From: Tubiluchus corallicola
Lineage: Eukaryota; Animalia; Priapulida
Assembly (NCBI GenBank): GCA_030141605.1
Contig: JAQGDQ010000362.1
Coordinates: forward strand, 62,001-126,000
DNA length: 64,000 nt
Direction of reading: 5' to 3'
Part shown: positions 55,076 through 64,000 of the stretch, piece by piece
Numbering within the stretch: the stretch's first letter is position 1
Layout of the letters: the number at the start of each line of letters is the position of its first letter
Made by a program: the position numbers and the translations under genes
Notes under the pieces: generated by a model
What the model saw: the letters and a program-made list of their open reading frames with translations, nothing else
Database searches by the model: none
What the model was told of the DNA's origin: nothing

Positions 55076-56777
55076 GGTGATTGTGCTGGAAAAAACACAA
55101 AATAATAATGTAAACTAAATGCGTAACTGTATAAACTAATTAACAGCATAATCCTTATTCTATTTTCAGATGTCCATAGTTGGGAGAGAGTAAAAGGTTC
55201 CCTTGTTATACTTTGTTTTGTTATTTGTGATTCAAAAAAATGGACAGCAATCTAATTTTTAATTGTTTGTGATCTTAATTCCAATACTATGTTTCAAGAT
55301 ACCTTGGATCCACAATTATTGAATTTTTGGAATAAAATTAGATCGAAAGAAAGGATACGTTAAAAAGCTTAATTAAAGTTAGATTAGAACGAAGAATTTT
55401 TGGACTGTAAGTTTAACGGCATTATTACTAGCCTACTTAGCTCCTTGTTTATCACTTCTTATCATTTCCCGAAGGCGTACCACAATAATAATTCATTTGC
55501 ACCACAATGATGATAATAAATTTACAAACAATGTAGTTTTCACTACAGGCTGCCGGTGCACAGACGAATCGGAACACATCTAGTCTAATTTTCATAACTG
55601 ATTACACAGGCCATAAAGATCAATTATCATTTTGTCCATGAGACATCTGTTGCTTTGCCACTTATTTTTCAACGACCTACTTGAGTACATATTTTATGTA
55701 GCCTGAGACGTGAATAGAATTGAAAATGGTACTCATTTGACATGATCTAGTCCGTTATAATGAGTCTAGCGCACTGAATGGTTTTGCAAATTTGCAAAAT
55801 AATTGCTGAAAATGTCACACAGCACGTAACCCAAAATCAGTGCATATAATCAAAGTTCATTTCTGATCACCGTTTGTCGCTATACATTTTACGATAGTAC
55901 AAAAGTCGAGAGATAAGATATGTTCTTTGGAACAAAAAGTAGGTAGTTTATAAGCGTTTCATCTCATTTATAAGCGTTTTGAAGTTCAAGTATAGTTTTA
56001 TAAAACGTTCCGGTAAAAGTCGAGTACGTTAATAAACATCAAATGTTAATTTTGTCCATTAGCAAAGACCCGAGAGTTCTAGTCCTGCTTTGAATATTAT
56101 GTTTTAAACTTTCGAAGGTCAATGATAATCTGTCGTCTAGGATAAGTAAAAGAATCTGCCGCGAGATAAAGGCAACCTACGTAAACTGTAATACTTGGAA
56201 GTAGATCTATTTATCTCTACATTTGTTTTTACCTTTCATTGTAGTGCCTTACTTACACCTTCTTTTCATAGAAAAAAGTTTACCTAAGTTCTTTCTTCCA
56301 TTTCAATATTTTTATGCAAACACTGAAAAAACGCAATCGTGAGATATGAAAAAACGAGATTTAAATTAGTCGTTGCGCGACTAACAAAGTGATTGCTCAA
56401 GTAAACTAGACTACTGTAACTTATTTCTTAATTTTAATATTTATTAATTGCATTACTGATTAATCCTAAAAATAATTTTGCTTTTCTCACAATCATTAAT
56501 GCTATGCTGGTCTATTGGTTATAAAAAGTCCTGCTTAAACTTTAACCTAAAAATGAATTTAGCTGACTGAGAACTAAAATTTCTGCGTGTAAAATTTCCA
56601 CCAATGATGATTTTTTAACATTTATAATAATAAATAAATGTAATAATTTTAATAATAGTATTTTTAAAAAACTAGTTGCAGGCAGCATAATCCACACCAT
56701 TTTTACCGCTATAAATAAGTTAGGCACGACAGCGCGCTCAAAATATTGGGAAATGAAAGTGACTAATGTGTACTTAC

Positions 56778-56949
56778 CTCTTGTAACCGATTAAGAAACT
56801 TCAAGTACTAAATGGATAAAATCAAAATATGCCAAAATATTACCCACTTAAGCAACACTTGTTGTTATTATATGATTTCTAAGAAGTTTACGCACAATTA
56901 GATGATCATGCTGCCTTCAGCAACGTATCAAGAGCTTTATATATAAAGC
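56778..56949 (-). promoter_or_regulatory. Candidate TATA promoter and non-coding first exon of the peptide-precursor gene
   Basis: Palindromic GCTTTATATATAAAGC at 56934-56949; consensus donor GAG|GTAAGT on - with the exon ending at 56778. Confidence 0.4.
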
Positions 56950-57723
56950 GTTCCACAGCTATGATTATAGACCTCAGGGGTAAAAAGGGAGTCTAAAAGC
57001 TTTATGATCACTTTCACTCTTCTACACAAGGTCGGCTTGTGGGCGAGCATTAGTTTACACAGGGTCACTTGTGCGCTTTGATAAAGGAGCACATGTACAA
57101 TTTACTCGGCCAAACTTGGTATATTTTTGGTCCTTATTAAGTCTAGTTGTCCACATCATTTTAACTAAAGTGGCATTGTCCCCTGCGTGGGCATAGGCAA
57201 GGTCACTACCAGCTAATTAGTGTCTTCTGTCGCGGCAAATGTCAGGTAAATGGCTTTTGACCTAAAAGGTCCTAAACTCTGTCTGCTCAGTGTGTTGAAT
57301 GTCATAAAATCATTAACATTTGTCGCGCGACATTTCATTCATCTGATTTATAAAAACTTATACATGTTTATCCTCCCACGTGCCCATTACGAACTAAGAA
57401 CTAGTATTCACTCTAAAAATTACGTAAGCTGTAAAAAAATTCAATGAATAGTTGTACATTATTTATTTTGTATTGTAAGAGGATTCACTTAGCATAGTAA
57501 GAGGATTAAATAGCAAGCGCTGTCAATTCGCAGACTAAATTGAAAAAATAATAGGTTGACTCTTATAACATTTGAATGTGTGGCACAAATCCACCAACCG
57601 CAGCTGGCGTAACAAATATACCGTATCCAATACCACTTATAAATAATACAGGTCGCGAAATAATCCTTAATGTGAAAACTTATAAAAATACAATGTAAAT
57701 TCTCTCTCTCTCTCTCACTAACA

Positions 57724-58721
57724 AACAAACTAAATCTAACAAAAATGGTAGAACTAAGAAGAAATGCACAATTTTGCTTGACTCATAGTAACTGAATAGG
57801 TGAACCGTACGGTGTTTTTTAGCGTAAAAGTGAACCAAGATTCATGGTACATAAACACGAAGCTTTTGCGGGTTTCGCATAATTTTCTAAACTCTTTCGG
57901 GAATCCACTTCATGCATCCCATTCATATTTTCCATTACCCTTAATTCTCTTAATTTTTAAACACCTGACCTCCGAGGGTTGTACGCGAGTACCAGTCAGT
58001 CCGCGTATCCTGGTTGACTATAAATGCAGTTAGGTGTTTATCAAGGTTATTCCCGTACCTTGTTTCGTCTTCGACACTTATAAATCACCTGTGTCTGTTA
58101 TTCTTTTTCTGCTGTCAAAAGGAGGAGCTATGAAGTTGTCATGTTGTTCTCTAAGACACACTATAGACGGCACTAAATACACGCAGGATGACAAGTTTTT
58201 CAAGAAAATCACCTATCTGGCATAGGTTTTTTCTTGTCTTTATATTGCTAGAGAAAAGCCTTCAGAACAAAGTCGAAATCGATGCTAAACTTTGACAATT
58301 GATGTCCTCAAAGACTTAGCGTCTCAACACGAACCAAAAAGCTTTTTGGAGGATCGTTCGTGTTTGTATTGCTTACCTTTTCTTTGTAATCTGTTCCATG
58401 ACATGCCCAAATTACCTTTAGCAGAATGTTTGTTATCTAAGTCGCCATTAAAGAACGTCTGTGACTTTGAACTTCAACTTGCTCAATATATACAACCAGG
58501 TGAATGATAGAGTATGCACGCTTTGGTTGGAAAGATATGGGATTGATTCTTGCAGAACCACTTATCATCGAATACGAATGGTAACGATAATCTCTGCTAT
58601 ATATGACACTCTTTATATATACATATATATATTATGGTCGAATATTCCAGTCTATTCTAGTCGAATTTAATCAGCCCATTTTCATATAGGCCAAGAAAAG
58701 ATAAACTAGGCCCATAGAAAC
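57724..58721. repeat. ~1-kb direct repeat, copy 2
   Basis: Near-identical to 52748-53749; flanked by (CT)n on both sides. Confidence 0.9.
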
Positions 58722-60565
58722 TCTCTCTCTCTCTCTCTCCCACTTCCTCTCTTCCAGAGACATTACTTTGATTATTCTGATTTTTGTTTTTATTCTTCCT
58801 TTCCCTTCCTCCTTCTCCTCTTCTTTTCTCCCACTTCTTTTTCCGGCTTCATCTTCTTCACCTTATTGTTCTTCCCATTTTTCTCCTCCTCTATTTCATC
58901 ATTATTATTTACACCATAATAACAAAAACATCATCAAGTTAAATTAGCAATTATATAAAGTATTATTAACAAACGAGCGAACCAACGAACATACATACAC
59001 ACATATGAACGAACGAACGAACGAACGGCCTAGCTTTTTCAGTAATCTGTACCCTCTGTCTTACAACTCATTAAATAACTTTTGCAGTGACGTAGTAAAA
59101 TTAGAAGTACTTGTTAAATGAAAATAAAAAAACATTTTTTCTAATATGTCTCCACCAGGTTTTGTTAGTTGGTCGTTATAAATAACTTGCAATAGATGGC
59201 GACACAGTACTATTAAAACTCAATGCATTACGATTAGGATGCGGTGTCACGTTGCAACTCACCGTAGTCATTGTAAATAATAGTGAAATACCATTTTGCC
59301 ATTCATAAAATCCTATTACTACTGCTTGTGCACTATTGCTGGTTCGGATTTTCTGATCATTAGTATTTTAATGACATGCAGAATACAATTGAAAAGTAGA
59401 CCTACTGAGGGTGATACTACATTAGTGGAACTATTTTAATAAGACATTTAATAAATGGTTAAATAAATGTTATATAGGTATTTAATTGATTGTTATATTA
59501 AATTATGTATAAGTAAAAAAAGAATGTCATTTAATAAACTTAATAAAAAATAAATTTACTAAGTATCACTTTTACCGGCATGGAGTTTGAAATGCATAGT
59601 TTGAGATGTGCTGCTATGTCATGAAAAGGTCTGACGGCGGTTAACACAGCAATGCAGTTATGCAGTTTGCCTTGAAAAACAATCCAGGGTTTACCACCGA
59701 CAGTTCAGCATATTCTCAATAAACTAAGCTGTCTTAATTTTTCAGTGTAGGAAGTATCGTTATAAGGTTAATCTGTTGAACTGATCTTTCTGATTGCAGT
59801 AAATTTAAGCTACGTTCACATTTTGCGGTAAAAATTGTTTTCTAAACTGCTGGACATTAGTAACGACTCTAACCGCATCACATCTGTGTCATTCACAGTC
59901 TTTTCTGCACAACCGTTAGATGCTGTAGTTGTCACTGAAATCACTGTAATTTCTAGCAGGTACTGATTTCTTCGGGGTGTGTGCGTGAGTGTGTGTAATA
60001 AGACTAAAAGACTGTGTACATGAAAAGCTCTGTGTATCAGTGTAACGCGGATACAAAAATGTCTATTATCACATATCACTTACTTTACTATTGAAAGATT
60101 TTTGGATTTTTTTAGAATTGGCCAATTTCGTGTTATTATTCCCTCTTTTATACCTACCGAGTGACATCCCATATATATCCAGTGATATCCAGTATATCAC
60201 TATATCCAATGAGGGCTTTTATTGGCTTTGTCATTTGGAATAGCAAGCGTATTTTACTGTATTAATCAATGAAAATGAGTCGCAGAATGAGTGTACATCT
60301 TTAAAAGACTGAGCTTCTAAGTTTTATTACTCTGTCTATTGTGCCCTAATAAGGATGCAGTATGCTTCAGCTTCATTCATGTATGAATGAAATTGCTAAT
60401 ACCATCATAATTATCGCCTACCTACCGGAATGATGCTGCAACACATCTTATTACAGCTTTCTTTGATGTATCAGAGCATTGGAACACCTGTACTCTTACT
60501 GAATTCTTCATCGTTTTTTTCTTTTTGAGACAAATCGTTTGTACAAGCTAAGGCTTGTGAATGTA

Positions 60566-60619
60566 GGTAAAATGGCACAGGAAAAAATGGCACAAATGGA
60601 AAGTAGGAAAAATGGTACA
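60566..60619. mobile_element. Short tandem subterminal-type repeats (possible Mutator/MULE end)
   Basis: GGTAAAATGGCACA GGAAAAAATGGCACA ... GGAAAAATGGTACA. No partner end found. Confidence 0.3.
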
Positions 60620-62929
60620 TTACGTTATTTTGATGCATATAGTCTCTATATTAAGACTAGAATTCACTTAGTCTGAAGCACGCTGTTATAGTACAGTTTT
60701 CCTAGAGCTAGGAACTATAATCGGATATTGTTATATAGAAATGTAGTGTTCAAAGTAACACACTAAAGGAAGACAGGGTGCTTTTTCACATACTATCCCA
60801 TTTTCAAGTCAGATAAAATGCATACATTTTAACAAAATTAATACTGCAAAAGCCCTTCTGATAACTAAATAATAGATTAAAATCTTAATTAACGGCGGGT
60901 GTGCCCAACTATTGATGACATCACAAACGAACATAATTTTCAACAGCAAAAATGTTCCACGAGCGTTTTGTATGTGTTTGCGAAGCAGAAAATTGAAATA
61001 CAGTAAAATATTTAGTACGCTGTACTAAAACTAGGCAAGTCTTAAGATAAAAATTAAAATTTCAAATTTACCTCTGTGATCATGCATGAACTGTCGAACG
61101 TGTGAAGCTCGTCGCAGCTAACACATCTGAACTGAGAGGTACAGCACCTGTTTTTAGTGCATGCATTTCCGAAGAGCAGGCGCTAGTGCCTGTCTAACTA
61201 GCGAATGGCGAAATACGAAATCGTGTTTGTGTGGTAATAATTCTTTCACGTAGGTCATTTTCGAAAAAAATAGTTTGTTTTCTTCCAATATTAATTTTAA
61301 ATTGTAGATTTTTTTAAGTTTAAGATTGGATCCAGTTTTGTTCTAAGTGTGTTGTTTACTGTTAGTAGTTTGACATTATTAAAATTTGATCTGCCACTGA
61401 AAAATTGTTTTCAGTGTAGTTATTTTTATTCTTTGTTCGAGTATGCTGCATTAGTTTATTTTGGACATAGTTTAGCAAAATTAATATTATGGCTGTGCCT
61501 GCATATTTATTGCAACGTTCAAGCAGATCGATAGTGTATACAGTTACGCTAGACATAATTAGTGAATGACAGCTCTGTCTAAGAATTATTGTGTTTGCCA
61601 CAGAACATAAAATTAACCACCAAAAGAGTGCTCTACAAGGATCGTCCTGAGCTGGTTTTCTCTATTCAGTTGTTGCTCATTTCATATCCTACAGCAATTC
61701 GATTTCATGAAACATGCAAAAGTTAATTGTTATTGTTGTTGTTGTTGTTGCTATCTTAACAGAACAAGTTCGTGCCATATATCTATCTTGTTGTTAAAGA
61801 AAGGAAAGTCACTTAGTATGTTGGGTTTGTTTTACTGCTATCATTTCAACATAACAAAGAAATTTGCAAAAAACTGTCTATATAGTATAAAATTATACTA
61901 CTACAGTATAGAAATTTTCAGGCGTGGTGGTAGCCGCCATTCACTTGAAAACTATGATGTAACGTCACATTTCGACAGCTTTTCAAGCTCATCATGGCTC
62001 TGTAAATGTTTAATTAAACTTCGGCAGCTTACTTAATGTTCATGCAAAAATGTCACAAAATTAGCTAACTGATTTTCTGTAATAACTTATCATACTTTTG
62101 ATGGAAATTGAGAGCTTTTCTACAGAAAATAAATGATGTCATTGGTAGAACAGTGGGCATTCAAAATGGGAGAGTCAAAGAGTGAAATAATCGTAACTTT
62201 AAAGTCATTTTACTAATTACGCGAAGCATTAATTTTATTACATTTTTATTACTAGATCCTTCTAACATTTTTCGCGAACAGTGAAATAAGTCTAGAAGAC
62301 TTGGCCTTTCCTGGAAGTCAAAGTATCATAAGTTAACTCTAAGGTTGACTCTTCGGTGGCGTCTCGCGGCTCCAGATATCCCATATTGCAGAACTGAATA
62401 CTCTCAAGTTCTGGAACATTCTATTTCTATTTTGGATAAATTTCTTTATATAGATATGACCTTTCCTAACGTCGTATTTGTAATAGTGATGTAAATCATT
62501 ATGTTCAGTCACTTTGGTCAACGTTTTTCAAAAAACCAGCTAAGCGATCGAGTTTTTGTGCTGTTTGTGAGGACGTGAACTGTTTATATACCGGTATTGT
62601 AAATTGCGGTTCAGTTAACGTAAGTTTTTCATCAAAGCTTCACTTTATTACAACGGTATAATATGGCAATTCAGGCACGTAAACTGAAGCAGTTTTCCAG
62701 GCTTTGACAATTGATCAACTTTAATAGGACTAAAGTATACTAAAAACTAAGTATAGTCTATTCTTACTGTAAATGTTCTTGTAAATAGTGTATAAATTCT
62801 GTTGTGGTGAGGATCTTAAATCATGTTGTACAAACTGCGTGATCCAATCCTAAATAAATTATGTTTAAACTACTAGGAGATTGCGACAAGTTTTCAATTC
62901 ATGAATCATAATGACTTGGATTTACGTTT

Positions 62930-64000
62930 CGTGTCTTGGAATAACTATAGTATTTCTTACATTGAATTTACTGTAAAAGACATCTATGAACAGCTTTCCA
63001 AAGTTAAACCTTTTAAAGCTGTTGGCCTAGGCAATGTTCATGATTTTATATTGAAATAATGTGCCTGACAATTGTCATTGCCTCTCTTCTTTTTTGCAAA
63101 TCCTTGGATTGTTCTATAGTTTCTCAAGACTGGTTAGATTGCAATGTTACCCTACCCTTAAAATCCTAGCACCAACTTGACATATGATGAATTACACCCT
63201 ATTTCTCTATCTTCTGTTGTTTCTAAATTCCTGCTGTCTTCTGGTCAATTCAGTAATAATCAACATGGCTCATTACCACAATGTTCCACCATAACAGATC
63301 TTCTCGAATGCCTAAATGACTGGTCCAAATTCTTTGATGACCCTTCTCTCCCATCAAATACATTTTATATATTGATTTTACAGAAGCATTTGTCATTTTC
63401 TAAATCACAGATGGCAAAGAGTAGTTTTAAATTGTGTAACCACTTCCTGGAAAAATGTAACCAGCAGCATTCCTCAAGGGACTTTGCCCGGACCCTATTT
63501 TTATCAATGATATTACTGATTGTGTATCCCCTGACGTCTGATTTAATCGCATACCAATGTTTGTTGATGATATAAAACCTTACCGTCCAATTAGGAATTC
63601 CTCTGATCAAGAGATCTTATACTGAAATTGAGCGATAGTATGACAACTGGTTAGTGTCCCGCAAACGTAGTAAATGCAGTGCACTTTATATTCGTTCTAA
63701 TTCTACAATGCCTTATTACCTGAGAGATGGTGTTATTGAAGAAAAATCAGTTGTACGTGATTTGGGAGTATTAATCTCAAACAACCTGAAGTGGAACTCG
63801 CATATTAAGCATATTATTTCTCAGGCCAATAAATGCATTGGAATGATGAAACGCTGCATTTCATCACATAGTGCAAAAGTTATTGTTCCTCTTTATAAAG
63901 CTGTAGTTAGACCAGTACTTGAGCATGCATGCATTGTTTGGTCACCACAGTATGTTACTCTGAAAGATGCTTTAGAAAGAACTCAATGGAGATGTATTTG
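62930..64000 (+). mobile_element. Decayed CR1-group LINE reverse transcriptase, runs off the window end
   Basis: Frameshifted motifs in order: PISLSSVVSK, QHGSLPQCSTITDL, YIDFTEAF, IPQGT, FVDDIK, RDLGVLISNNLKWNSHI, LYKAVVRPVLEHACIVWSP...LERTQ. Confidence 0.92.

Overview
AT-rich, microsatellite-rich, intron-containing DNA, most likely from an invertebrate animal; nothing prokaryotic and no CRISPR array. I could assemble two spliced genes by hand. (1) A 9-coding-exon UDP-glucose 6-dehydrogenase (UGDH)-family gene on + (33671-42433, 475 aa, all GT-AG introns, open frame). Its catalytic Cys is Ser ([10 protein letters not shown]), further catalytic and NAD-binding residues are replaced, and UDP-sugar contacts are kept, so it is a candidate pseudoenzyme. 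(2) A small - strand gene that the ORF track does not assemble (coding exons 55075-55031 and 51886-51683). It encodes an 82-aa secreted precursor with a signal peptide and an RR-FSRLF-G-RR amidation cassette, a candidate new neuropeptide. The rest is decayed LINEs, MITEs with clear TIRs/TSDs (hAT, piggyBac, Tc1/mariner type), SINE remnants, a 1-kb near-identical duplication and many simple repeats. All alignments to known families are by eye and from memory, not from searches.
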